Shown: positions 28,145-37,281 of the stretch, piece by piece
Layout of the letters: each line of letters starts with the position of its first letter
How positions within the stretch are numbered: the stretch's first letter is position 1
Assembly (NCBI GenBank): GCA_016187465.1
Contig: JACPJQ010000005.1
Span: forward strand, 163,183 to 227,182
Reading direction: 5' to 3'
From: Candidatus Woesearchaeota archaeon
GTDB lineage: Archaea; Nanobdellota; Nanobdellia; Woesearchaeales; GW2011-AR4
Length of the DNA stretch: 64,000 bases
Notes under the pieces: generated by a model
What the model saw: the letters and a program-made list of their open reading frames with translations, nothing else
Databases searched by the model: none
What the model was told of the DNA's origin: nothing
Position numbers and translations under genes: made by a program

Positions 28145-31135
28145 ATGCAGCAAAAGATTTCTAAGATAAGGAAGAGGGATGGAAGAATAGCAGATTTTGA
28201 CAAAGCAAAGATAACAAATGCTATCTTTAGGGCAGCCCACTCTGTAGGAGGCTCTGACAGGAAGATAGCGGAAGAGTTAAGCGACAAAGTTGTTGAGCAG
28301 CTCCTGAAATCCAACAAGGAAATTCCAAGTGTTGAGGAAATCCAGGACGCAGTTGAGCAGGTTCTTATAGAAAACGGCCATGCAAAGACAGCAAAGGCCT
28401 ACATCCTTTACAGGGCAAAGAGGGCAGAGTTAAGGCAGGCATTGGCAGAAGCGTCAAAAGGCGATGATTCTGAAAAGACAGTCCTGCTGCACATGTTTGC
28501 CCACAAAAGCAAGTTATCATCAAAAATCGGGTATGACAGGCTTGAGTCATACAAAAATCTTTTATTTCATCTTAAAGACATGCAAAAGTCAGGAGAACTG
28601 CCAACGCATCCGGATTATCTAAACAACACAGAGCTTGCAATCAATATTTACCAAAAGAAGTACTACCTAAAAGACCTTAACAACAAGATGATAGAGAAAA
28701 TGCCCGAAGACTTGTTCGCAAGATTGTCAGCATTCATAGCAGCTGTTGAATCTCCTGAAAAGCAGAATGAGTATGCTGAAAGGTTTTACAGGCTATTCTA
28801 TGACGGCCACTTCCTGCCGGGAGGGAGAGTAATAGCGGGGGCAGGGGACTTGTACAGACTGAAAACGCTGGCGAACTGCTTTGTCTCTTTAATAAGCGAA
28901 GACAATATCGAAAGCATATACAATTCAGCTTATGAATGCGCAAGAACATATTCATATGGAGGCGGCATAGGAGTTGACATCTCTGTTTTAAGGCCAAAGG
29001 ACAGCATTGTGCACAATGCAGCTGACTCTTCAACAGGCAGCGTATCATTCATGGAATTATTCTCATTGACCACGGGCTTGATAGGCCAATCAGGAAGAAG
29101 AGGGGCATTGATGCTGACAATTGATGTGAAGCATCCTGACAGCCCTGTTTTTGTTAATGTAAAAAAAATTCCCAACTGGGTCACGAGCCAGATAGTTGAG
29201 CAGTGCAAGTGGTCAGGCCAGTTCAACGAATCGCAATTAAAGGAAATCCAAAGGCAGGTAAGGGAGAACACTCAAGTAAGGTTTGCCAACATAAGCTTGA
29301 AAGTCTCTGATGAGTTCATGCAGGCTGTCGAAGAGCACAAAACTTACGGCTCTGAAAAAATACTTGTTTATGAAAAGGACAAATCCATTTCAAGCTTGGG
29401 GGTTCCGCAAACAGGCACTGTGCATTATTCTTTTGGAATTCCATCAAAGCCTATTGAGAAATACAGTTTGTTAGCTTCCTTTGACAATGCAGACGAGCTC
29501 AACAGGTTCCTCTCAAATAAGGGGGCAGAACAAATAAAAGAGATTGACTTAAGAAACCAAAGCTACAGGGATATGTTTGGCGACATTGTATTAAAGCAAA
29601 GTGATGATGAAAAAGAGTTGGCAATCAGATATGCAGGCGATTTCATGCTTTATTTTAATTCGCCTGAAACAGGGGAAATCAAAAGATTAGTGAAAGCCCA
29701 TGAATTATGGAACTCGTTCATTGACGGAAATTACAAGACAGCAGAGCCTGGATTGATATTCTGGACGACAATGGGCAAGTATTCACCTTCAAATTATGTA
29801 GGCAGGCAGATATCAAGCACAAATCCTTGTGCCGAGGTCCCACTTGAAGATGGAGGGGCGTGCAACCTAGGCTCAATCAATTTATCACGATTTGTTATTA
29901 ACGGCTACACTCATGATGCAAGGATTGACTGGAACGGCATAAAGGAAGCAACAATGCTGGCTATAAGATTCCTTGATAATGTGGTTACATGGAATGAAAC
30001 CTTAAACCCACTGGAAAAGCAGAGAAAGGCAGCTTATGAGACAAGAAGGCTCGGATTGGGGATAATGGGCATTGCCGACATGCTCAACCAGCTAGGTATT
30101 GGATATGATAGCGATGGAGCCTTGGAGATACTGGAAAAGGTTGCAAAGCTGTTTGCAAATTCCGCTTACCAAGCGTCTGCATTGCTTGCAGAAGAAAAAG
30201 GCTCTTCGCCGATTTTTGAGTATGAATCTTACAGCAGAGGGGCTTTTTTCAGGGAAGCGCTTGACGACGAAACAAAAGACATGATAAGAAACAAAGGCTT
30301 GAGGAATATTGCATTGCTTTCAATTGCCCCTACAGGCACAATCTCGAGCATTGTGCTTGGCTATTCACTAGGCAGCAAAAATTTCATAGGAGTAAGTGGG
30401 GGGGTAGAGCCGATATTTGCTTTGTACTATACGAGGCGCTCTGAAAGCTTCGGCAACCAGATGTTCAAGGTATTCCACTCAACAGTCGATGCCTACATCC
30501 AAAAATACAAGCTGCAAGACAAAGTGCAGAACACAAGGGATGTAGAGGACTTGAAACAAGTGCTGCCTGCGCATTTCTTCAGGACATCCCATTTCATAGA
30601 GCCAAGCAAGAGGGTGCTTATCCAAAGCTTGTGGCAGAGGTATATTGACCACAGCATTTCCTCAACAGTGAATTTGCCGCAGGATATTGAGCCTGAAGTT
30701 ATTTCAAGCATTTACTTTGACGCGTGGCGCAAAGGTATAAAAGGAATAACAGTTTATAGGGAAGGCTCCCGTTACCCGATTTTAAGCACAGAAGGCAAAA
30801 TTTCAGATTTTGACCTTGTAAAGACGAAGAAATTCATGATGCAGCTTAATGGCGAGGTTGTTGAGAAAAGCGGAGACGACATTATAATGCTGCCAAACAA
30901 CAAGCTTACAACTGTGTATCATGCATTGAAATACAAGATGCTTCACAAGGAAGGAGAATATTACAAGCTCGGCATGATTGTTACAACTGTAGCAAATGAA
31001 AGCAGCAAGACTGTGCTTGCAACGGAGCTTGAGCTAAGCGATTGCCCTGCATGCAAGCAAAAAACTTTGAAAATGGAAGGAGGGTGCAGCGCCTGCGTCA
31101 ATGAGGAATGCGGGTTTGGTGAATGCAGCACTTAA
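28145..31135 (+). CDS. nrdJ: Class II (AdoCbl-dependent) ribonucleotide reductase with ATP cone and C-terminal zinc ribbon
   Basis: IRKRDGR ATP cone, NCF, GRRGA, TNPCAE, RRLGLG, IAPTGT, YREGSR, C-terminal CPAC...EGGC..C...CG...C. Confidence 0.93.
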   Translation: MQQKISKIRKRDGRIADFDKAKITNAIFRAAHSVGGSDRKIAEELSDKVVEQLLKSNKEIPSVEEIQDAVEQVLIENGHAKTAKAYILYRAKRAELRQALAEASKGDDSEKTVLLHMFAHKSKLSSKIGYDRLESYKNLLFHLKDMQKSGELPTHPDYLNNTELAINIYQKKYYLKDLNNKMIEKMPEDLFARLSAFIAAVESPEKQNEYAERFYRLFYDGHFLPGGRVIAGAGDLYRLKTLANCFVSLISEDNIESIYNSAYECARTYSYGGGIGVDISVLRPKDSIVHNAADSSTGSVSFMELFSLTTGLIGQSGRRGALMLTIDVKHPDSPVFVNVKKIPNWVTSQIVEQCKWSGQFNESQLKEIQRQVRENTQVRFANISLKVSDEFMQAVEEHKTYGSEKILVYEKDKSISSLGVPQTGTVHYSFGIPSKPIEKYSLLASFDNADELNRFLSNKGAEQIKEIDLRNQSYRDMFGDIVLKQSDDEKELAIRYAGDFMLYFNSPETGEIKRLVKAHELWNSFIDGNYKTAEPGLIFWTTMGKYSPSNYVGRQISSTNPCAEVPLEDGGACNLGSINLSRFVINGYTHDARIDWNGIKEATMLAIRFLDNVVTWNETLNPLEKQRKAAYETRRLGLGIMGIADMLNQLGIGYDSDGALEILEKVAKLFANSAYQASALLAEEKGSSPIFEYESYSRGAFFREALDDETKDMIRNKGLRNIALLSIAPTGTISSIVLGYSLGSKNFIGVSGGVEPIFALYYTRRSESFGNQMFKVFHSTVDAYIQKYKLQDKVQNTRDVEDLKQVLPAHFFRTSHFIEPSKRVLIQSLWQRYIDHSISSTVNLPQDIEPEVISSIYFDAWRKGIKGITVYREGSRYPILSTEGKISDFDLVKTKKFMMQLNGEVVEKSGDDIIMLPNNKLTTVYHALKYKMLHKEGEYYKLGMIVTTVANESSKTVLATELELSDCPACKQKTLKMEGGCSACVNEECGFGECST

Positions 31136-31139
31136 CAAA

Positions 31140-31256
31140 ATGGAAGCTCAAAAACAACGACCAAAGCCAAAAAATTGTCCTGAGTGCGGCACAGCCCTAA
31201 AAGAGAAGGACGGCTGTTTTGATTGCCCGAAATGCGGTTGGGGCATCTGCATGTAA
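31140..31256 (+). CDS. Stand-alone NrdJ-tail-like zinc ribbon peptide (38 aa)
   Basis: MEAQKQRPKPKNCPECGTALKEKDGCFDCPKCGWGICM; starts 4 nt after the nrdJ stop. Confidence 0.75.
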   Translation: MEAQKQRPKPKNCPECGTALKEKDGCFDCPKCGWGICM

Positions 31257-31361
31257 TTTCTTTTTTTTGTTTAATCTCTAAAAAAAGGTGGTTTAATGTT
31301 GGATATGATAACCATAGGCATATTTATGAAAAGTATACGATTAAAAAATTTTAAATAAAAA

Positions 31362-31973
31362 ATGGCATTGACAAAATTAAGAAATACAATCAAAGTAAGG
31401 GGGGATGACAGCAGGGAGAACCTTGGGCTAGTGCATGTCGTCACAGGAGACGGGAAGGGCAAAACAACATCTTCTCTTGGATTAGCTATGCGCGCAATGG
31501 GCAACAACTTGAGAGTTTACATGATTCAATTCCTGAAAAGCGGAGTTACTGGCGAGATTTATTCCGCAAAGAAGCTTGGCTTTATTATAGAGCAGTTTGG
31601 TGTTGATGCCCTAAAGGAGAAACAGAAGCACTTGCAGGAATTTTCAGACAAGACAGGAGCTTTTGTCTTCAACCCTGACATAAAGGAAAAGGAAGCCGCA
31701 ATTCAGGGCTGGGAGCATGCCAAAAAAATCATCAAAAGCGGAGAATATGATGTTGTCATCTTGGACGAAATAAACTGCGTGCTTGAGAAAGGGCTTGTGC
31801 CGTTGCAGGAAGTTCTTGGGATTGTAAAAGAGCATGGAAAGGTTGAGCTGATTTTCACAGGAAGAGATGCCCCGAAAGAGCTGATGGAAGCTGCAGATTA
31901 TGTTAATATAATTAATTTCGTCAAGCATCCATGGCAGAAAGGGATTGTTGCTAGAAAGGGGATTGAGTATTGA
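31362..31973 (+). CDS. cobO: Cob(I)alamin adenosyltransferase (CobA/CobO/BtuR)
   Basis: TGDGKGKTT, QFLKS, LDEI, TGR, KHP...GIEY. Confidence 0.95.
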   Translation: MALTKLRNTIKVRGDDSRENLGLVHVVTGDGKGKTTSSLGLAMRAMGNNLRVYMIQFLKSGVTGEIYSAKKLGFIIEQFGVDALKEKQKHLQEFSDKTGAFVFNPDIKEKEAAIQGWEHAKKIIKSGEYDVVILDEINCVLEKGLVPLQEVLGIVKEHGKVELIFTGRDAPKELMEAADYVNIINFVKHPWQKGIVARKGIEY

Positions 31974-31974
31974 A

Positions 31975-32649
31975 ATGTCTAAAGGAGTAGATGCAGAAAA
32001 GGAACTTATTAAGGAAACAACAGCTTACTTAAAAAATCATAAACCGTCTAAATATGATATCCAACTAAAAAAAGAATGGGAAAAAATAACTAAGCATGTC
32101 TGTAAACCATGTTGGGAATTAAAATATTGTCCTTATGGACCTCTTGTAGAACAATTTCCTCTTCTTGGACCTACAAGAGAGGAAGCCATAGAACATAATA
32201 AATTTTTAAAAGAACAATTGGCTAATAAGGGATACGCGGGTTGGAGAAAAATTTTATTTGAAAAAGAAGTTAAGGAATTTAATCACAATAAGTATCCTAA
32301 AAAACATCCTAAAGAACTGATTGAAAAATGCTGTTCAGTTTTTGGTCATATTTGTCCTGTTTTTTTTATAAATGAACCATTTACCGAGACTACTGAAACT
32401 AGAAGTATCTCCAGATATATTCCAAGAGAAGTTATGTTAAAAGTTGTTAGACGTGATAATCACACTTGTCAAGAATGCGGTAAAAATTTGTTAGATAATG
32501 AGCTAGAATTTCACCATAAGATTCCAGTAGCAAAAGGTGGTAGTACCAACGAAAATAATATAACTTTATTTTGTCGTGATTGCAATAGGAAAACAAGTTC
32601 AAAATTACCTAAAAATTTCCTTGATAAAGAAGCTTATTCAAGATTTTAA
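31975..32649 (+). CDS. HNH endonuclease with a Cys-rich N-terminal domain
   Basis: RDNHTCQECG...HHKIPVAKGG...N..LFCRDCN; ATG at 31975. Confidence 0.88.
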   Translation: MSKGVDAEKELIKETTAYLKNHKPSKYDIQLKKEWEKITKHVCKPCWELKYCPYGPLVEQFPLLGPTREEAIEHNKFLKEQLANKGYAGWRKILFEKEVKEFNHNKYPKKHPKELIEKCCSVFGHICPVFFINEPFTETTETRSISRYIPREVMLKVVRRDNHTCQECGKNLLDNELEFHHKIPVAKGGSTNENNITLFCRDCNRKTSSKLPKNFLDKEAYSRF

Positions 32650-32689
32650 ACCAGCTGCCCAATTATCCTCGCCATCTTGAAATCTTTGT
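32646..32689. repeat. 44-bp direct repeat, copy 1 (duplicate of the PCD gene 3' end)
   Basis: 41/44 identical to 33273-33316. Confidence 0.9.
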
Positions 32690-32707
32690 ATTTTAAATTC
32701 TGCCAAA

Positions 32708-32944
32708 TTACGCATGCTTAAGCTCTATAGCTATTGGTAACTGAAATTTTTTTATTGTTTTTAATTTGTCAAATCTTTTAGAGAAATTTAGAATAGAGAA
32801 ACCTATAACTTTTCCTGTTTTAGCTTCTACTCTCTCAAGCATGTCATTATCCAGTTCTTTAAAAAAACCTTTTACAGGTTTGCCTACAGTTATCTCCAAA
32901 AAATCCCCTTCCTTGTCAAACCATATATTCAGCTTTTTGTCCAT
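32708..32944 (-). CDS. DUF2283-family putative antitoxin
   Basis: IWFDKEGDFLEI...GKVIGFSILN. Confidence 0.85.
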   Translation of the reverse strand: MDKKLNIWFDKEGDFLEITVGKPVKGFFKELDNDMLERVEAKTGKVIGFSILNFSKRFDKLKTIKKFQLPIAIELKHA

Positions 32945-33234
32945 ATAATTTCACCTTTCTTGATTCTGTCTGTAAAGTAAGCGGATATTATAAAACTTTT
33001 GCTATTGTTTACAACAACTGCCAGATACTTACTTGTTACAGGTGTTTTTTGGTAATGTTTGTAGTATATTATCACGTTTTCGTCTGACACACTTCTTTTT
33101 ATTAATTCTGGCTTAGCTAAGGTTTCTTCTATTTTAGTTTCTTGATTCGGCATCTCTAACCGATTCAAAATATGACTTTTTCTATCTTCGCTCAATGATA
33201 TTTTTCTTTTAAATAAGTCGGTAAAAGTCTGCAT
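32929..33234 (-). CDS. RelE/BECR-like putative toxin (DUF4258/PBECR-like)
   Basis: TLAKPELIKRS...YYK...LAVVV...FIISAY; overlaps the DUF2283 gene. Confidence 0.75.
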   Translation of the reverse strand: MQTFTDLFKRKISLSEDRKSHILNRLEMPNQETKIEETLAKPELIKRSVSDENVIIYYKHYQKTPVTSKYLAVVVNNSKSFIISAYFTDRIKKGEIIWTKS

Positions 33235-33272
33235 GTAAAAGTCTGGTTTTGATAGTTATAAATAATTATCGG

Positions 33273-33316
33273 TTAAACCATCTGCTCGATTATCCTCGCC
33301 ATCTTGAAATCTTTGT
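33273..33316. repeat. 44-bp direct repeat, copy 2 (3' end of the PCD gene)
   Basis: 41/44 identical to 32646-32689. Confidence 0.9.
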
Positions 33317-33551
33317 GGGTCACTCCGCCTTCGTCATGCGTTGTCAAAGTTATTGTCACTTTATTGTTTCTTATCATGATTTCAGGATAATGATATTGAT
33401 GCAAGGATTCCTCTCCAACCTTTTGCACGAATTCCATTGCTTCCTTGAAATCCTTAAAGCTGAACTCTTTCGTTATTTCATGGCCTACAAGGTCCCAGTC
33501 TTTCAGCTCTTCCAGCCTGTCGTGAATTTCTTTGATGGATAAATGCTCCAT
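33273..33551 (-). CDS. Pterin-4-alpha-carbinolamine dehydratase
   Basis: FSFKDFKEA, H-x-PEI, LTTHDEGGVTHKD; true start ATG 33551. Confidence 0.9.
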   Translation of the reverse strand: MEHLSIKEIHDRLEELKDWDLVGHEITKEFSFKDFKEAMEFVQKVGEESLHQYHYPEIMIRNNKVTITLTTHDEGGVTHKDFKMARIIEQMV

Positions 33552-33646
33552 AATCTGTATTAATTGTTTGAGTTTATATAAAGTTTTTGATAGGGGTAAA
33601 TTAAAAACGATATGTTTATATATAATTAGATTATACCTAAGAATGG

Positions 33647-33880
33647 GTGATGAAAATGGAGCAATTTGAAGCCGTAACAAAGAAATGGGGAAACTCGTTA
33701 GGTATAACAATACCATCAGAGATAATTAAAGAAGAGAATATTAAGCCAAAAGATAAGATTACAGTATTAGTTTTTAAAGATTACAGTAAAAAACTCAAAA
33801 AAATGTTTGGAACTTTGAAACTAAAAAAACCAACACAAAGGGTCATGGAAGAGATTGATGAAGGCTACGACGAGCACTAA
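33647..33880 (+). CDS. AbrB/MazE-like antitoxin
   Basis: KKWGNSLGITIPSE. Confidence 0.9.
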   Translation: MMKMEQFEAVTKKWGNSLGITIPSEIIKEENIKPKDKITVLVFKDYSKKLKKMFGTLKLKKPTQRVMEEIDEGYDEH

Positions 33881-34328
33881 GTATGAAATGTTGGCGACGG
33901 AAAGGACTCCAAGTCATAGCACTGGATATCCAAAAGAGATATCAATAGAAGTTGAGTCAAATAAAAAAGTTTTTTTCTGCGACACCTATGCACTAATAGA
34001 GTTAATTGGCGGAAATAAGGATTATAAGGAGTACTCAAACCACATTCTAGTAACCTCAGATTTTAATCTAATGGAGTTATATTATTCGCTTCTGAAAGAT
34101 TACGGAAAAGAAGCCGCAGAACGTTATTTTGAAGAATGGGAAGAATTTGGAGTTGAGATCCCAAGATACATAATAAAGAAGTGTATGGAAATAAAGCTTG
34201 CAAACAAAAAAGAAAAGCTTAGTTATGTCGATTGTATAGGTTATGCATATGCTTTGGAAACTAACATATTTTTCCTAACTGGCGATTCAAAATTTAAGAA
34301 TAAAATAGGAGTTGAATTTGTGAAATAA
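33858..34328 (+). CDS. vapC: PIN-domain toxin (VapC)
   Basis: FCDTYALIE, LSYVDCIGY, LTGD; start uncertain (33858 or 33888). Confidence 0.88.
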   Translation: MKATTSTKYEMLATERTPSHSTGYPKEISIEVESNKKVFFCDTYALIELIGGNKDYKEYSNHILVTSDFNLMELYYSLLKDYGKEAAERYFEEWEEFGVEIPRYIIKKCMEIKLANKKEKLSYVDCIGYAYALETNIFFLTGDSKFKNKIGVEFVK

Positions 34329-34329
34329 A

Positions 34330-36084
34330 ATGCCCAGACTAAATCTGTCAAAAAACGCATTGCTGATACTTGAGCAGCGCTACTTAAAAAGAGACAAAAA
34401 AGGCAAAGTGATTGAAAAGCCAGAAGAGTTGTTCAGGAGAGTAGCTAAAAATTTAGCCCAATCAGATGCAAATTATAAGCATAGCAAAAACAATGTTAAA
34501 AGGACAGAACAGGAATTCTACAATTTGATGGCTTCTTTGGATTTTCTGCCGAATTCTCCGACTTTACTAAATGCAGGAAGAAAACTGCAGCAGCTGGCAG
34601 CATGTTTTGTGCTCCCTATTGAAGATGACATAAGCTCAATATTCAAGACGCTGCATGACTCTGCACTGATTCACAGGACAGGGGCAGGCACTGGCTTCAA
34701 TTTCTCAAAGCTAAGGCCGAAAGGCGACATTATAGAAAGCGCTGGATTCACCTCAGGTCCCGTGTCATTCATGAAGATTTTTGACGCGGCGACAGAGCAG
34801 ATAAAGCTTGGCGGAAATTTAAGAGGGGCCAACATGGGCATTTTAAATATTGACCATCCTGACATTGAAGAGTTTATAAGAGTCAAGAGCAGGGAAAATG
34901 TATTGACAAATTTCAATGTTTCAGTTGCGATAACTGGCAATTTCATGGAAGCTGTGAACAATAACAAAGATTACAGTCTGGTAAGCCCGCGCACAAAAAA
35001 AAATGTGAAAAAAGAAAGCGCAAGAAGGATATTCGGGCTGATTTGCGAGCAGGCATGGCTGAATGGTGACCCCGGAGTCATATTTATAGATAGGATTAAT
35101 GAATTCAATCCGACTCCAAAGCTTGGAGTGATAGAATCTACAGACAGTTGCGGCGAGCAGCCATTATTGCCTTATGAGTCGTGCAATCTTGGAAGCGTTA
35201 ACTTATCAAATATGGTTAAAAATAAAAGGATAGATTTTGAGAAATTAAAAAAGACAATCCACACAGCAATCCATTTTCTTGATAATGTGATTGATATGTG
35301 CAGCTATCCTTTGGAAGAAAACAGAAAAATTGTTGATAAAAACAGGAAGATTGGACTTGGAATAATGGGGTTCGCGGATATGTTGGTTAAGCTGGACATT
35401 GCTTATGATTCTGAAGAGGGCTTGAAAAAAGCGGAAGAGGTTATGAAATTCATTTCAAAGGAAGCTGATAAAGCATCAGCAGAACTTGTAGAAAAAAGAG
35501 GCGCATTTCCTTCTTGGGCAATAAGCATTTACAACGACAAAAGTAAAGGAGAGAGGCTAAGGAATGCAACAAGAACAACAATTGCTCCAACCGGCACAAT
35601 CAGCATAATTGCAGATGTATCAAGCGGCATAGAGCCTTTGTTTGCATTAAGCTATTCCAGAAGAACTTTGGAGGGCAAAACACTGGTTTATTTTGACAAG
35701 AACCTGAAGAGGGCATTGATGGAGAACAGGTTGTATAATGATGAGATTATAGAAAGAATAACAAGAGAAGGCTCGATAAAGAACATCGAAGAAATACCTG
35801 AAGAAATAAGAAAGATATTCGTTGTAGGCTCCGACATAGCGCCTGAGTGGCATGTGAGAATGCAGGCCGCCTTCCAGAAATACGTCGATAATGGAATATC
35901 AAAAACAGTAACATTGCCCAAAGACGCAACTGTCGAGGACGTTGAAAAGATATTTTTGATGGCTTTCGAGCTTGGCTGCAAGGGAATTTCTGTATACAGG
36001 TACGGCTCCAGGGAAGGCCAGGTGATTTACTTAAGCTCCAGAAGGGATGAGCAGATTACCTTGAGCAATTTTCTGAAGAAGTAA
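34330..36084 (+). CDS. nrdJ: Second class II ribonucleotide reductase, short variant
   Basis: FLPNSPTL, ACF, TDSCGE (variant of TNPCGE), RKIGLG, IAPTGT, YRYGSR; no ATP cone and no C-terminal Cys. Confidence 0.88.
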   Translation: MPRLNLSKNALLILEQRYLKRDKKGKVIEKPEELFRRVAKNLAQSDANYKHSKNNVKRTEQEFYNLMASLDFLPNSPTLLNAGRKLQQLAACFVLPIEDDISSIFKTLHDSALIHRTGAGTGFNFSKLRPKGDIIESAGFTSGPVSFMKIFDAATEQIKLGGNLRGANMGILNIDHPDIEEFIRVKSRENVLTNFNVSVAITGNFMEAVNNNKDYSLVSPRTKKNVKKESARRIFGLICEQAWLNGDPGVIFIDRINEFNPTPKLGVIESTDSCGEQPLLPYESCNLGSVNLSNMVKNKRIDFEKLKKTIHTAIHFLDNVIDMCSYPLEENRKIVDKNRKIGLGIMGFADMLVKLDIAYDSEEGLKKAEEVMKFISKEADKASAELVEKRGAFPSWAISIYNDKSKGERLRNATRTTIAPTGTISIIADVSSGIEPLFALSYSRRTLEGKTLVYFDKNLKRALMENRLYNDEIIERITREGSIKNIEEIPEEIRKIFVVGSDIAPEWHVRMQAAFQKYVDNGISKTVTLPKDATVEDVEKIFLMAFELGCKGISVYRYGSREGQVIYLSSRRDEQITLSNFLKK

Positions 36085-36208
36085 ATTTTTATTTTTAAAG
36101 ATTTAATGATAGAAGATTGCAATGCGCTAGGAAAGAAGCAAGTGAGGTAACAAAAACATTAATTTCATATTCAAAAAAACAACACAAATCAGACAATGAA
36201 AAAATAAA

Positions 36209-36727
36209 ATGGCAGTTATAAAGTCAAAAAAATTCGTCATAAGACCGTACAAAAAAGGTGACGAGATATTACTACAAAGAAACATTAATGATAAGGCTGT
36301 CTGCAAGTATACGCTTAGGATTCCTTATCCGTATACAATAAAAGAAGCTAAAGATTGGATAAGCCGGTGCATTAAATCAAAAAATGGTAAAAATAAAAAA
36401 GAAATCCATTTTGCAATTGATGTTAATGGCGAAGTTATCGGCGGTATGGGCTTCATCAAGATAGAAAAACACAAGGCGGAAATCGGGTATTGGCTTGGTA
36501 AAAAATACTGGAACAGGGGGATTATGACCGAAGCGGTGAAATTGATGGTGAATTTTGGGTTCAAAAAACTGAAACTCGTAAGGATCTATGCTCAAATTTT
36601 CAGCAAAAACAGGCGTTCAGCAAGAGTATTGGAAAAAAATGGCTTCAGGTTTGAAGGCTTGTTGAGAAAAGAGATTTATAAAAATAACAAGTTATCCGAC
36701 GCTATACTGTACGCAAAAATAAAATGA
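36209..36727 (+). CDS. RimJ/RimL-type GNAT acetyltransferase
   Basis: EIGYWLG..YWNRGIMTEAV, N..SARVLEKNGF..EG. Confidence 0.92.
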   Translation: MAVIKSKKFVIRPYKKGDEILLQRNINDKAVCKYTLRIPYPYTIKEAKDWISRCIKSKNGKNKKEIHFAIDVNGEVIGGMGFIKIEKHKAEIGYWLGKKYWNRGIMTEAVKLMVNFGFKKLKLVRIYAQIFSKNRRSARVLEKNGFRFEGLLRKEIYKNNKLSDAILYAKIK

Positions 36728-37281
36728 ACTTCTTCATAATTCACGGAGTTTATGCAAATCCGGAAGCGAACTGGTTTCCATGGCTTAAGAAAGAATTGGA
36801 AAATAAAGGTTTTGAGGTTATTGTTCCAAAATTCCCAACACCCCTAGACCAATCTTTAGAAAGCTGGATGCGGACTATTGCAAAATATGAGGGTAGAATA
36901 AACAAAGAGACCGTTTTAATAGGCCACAGCCTGGGCGCGACATTTATACTGAACTACCTTGAAAATACGGGCAAAAAAATAAACGCAGCTTGCTTGATTG
37001 CGCCATTCCATAAACTATTAGGAAGTCCATACGACAAATTGAACAAGACATTTATAGACAAGCAGTTTGACTGGGAAAAAATCAAAAGCAGTTGCAGTAA
37101 ATTTTTCATTTTTGCATCAGATAACGACAAGTACATTCCTTTCGATATTACAAAAGAATTAATTAAAAAATTAAATGCAAAATTCAGTCTTGTTCCGAAT
37201 GGCGGCCATCTCAACAAAGAATCAGGCTACGACAAGCTTCCCATTCTGCTGGAAACAATAAAAACTGAATTAGGATTTTAA
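36724..37281 (+). CDS. RBBP9/YdeN alpha/beta hydrolase
   Basis: IIHG, NWFPWL, GHSLG, SDND, GGH. Confidence 0.92.
   Translation: MNFFIIHGVYANPEANWFPWLKKELENKGFEVIVPKFPTPLDQSLESWMRTIAKYEGRINKETVLIGHSLGATFILNYLENTGKKINAACLIAPFHKLLGSPYDKLNKTFIDKQFDWEKIKSSCSKFFIFASDNDKYIPFDITKELIKKLNAKFSLVPNGGHLNKESGYDKLPILLETIKTELGF

Noticed and set aside
29340..29690. Intein in NrdJ
   Set aside because: No Cys/Ser start, His-Asn end or LAGLIDADG motifs
33552..33716. N-terminal extension of the PCD ORF, and similar extensions on rfcL, ZIP, MCO and FNR ORFs
   Set aside because: Extensions overlap promoters or neighbouring genes; homology starts at downstream ATGs
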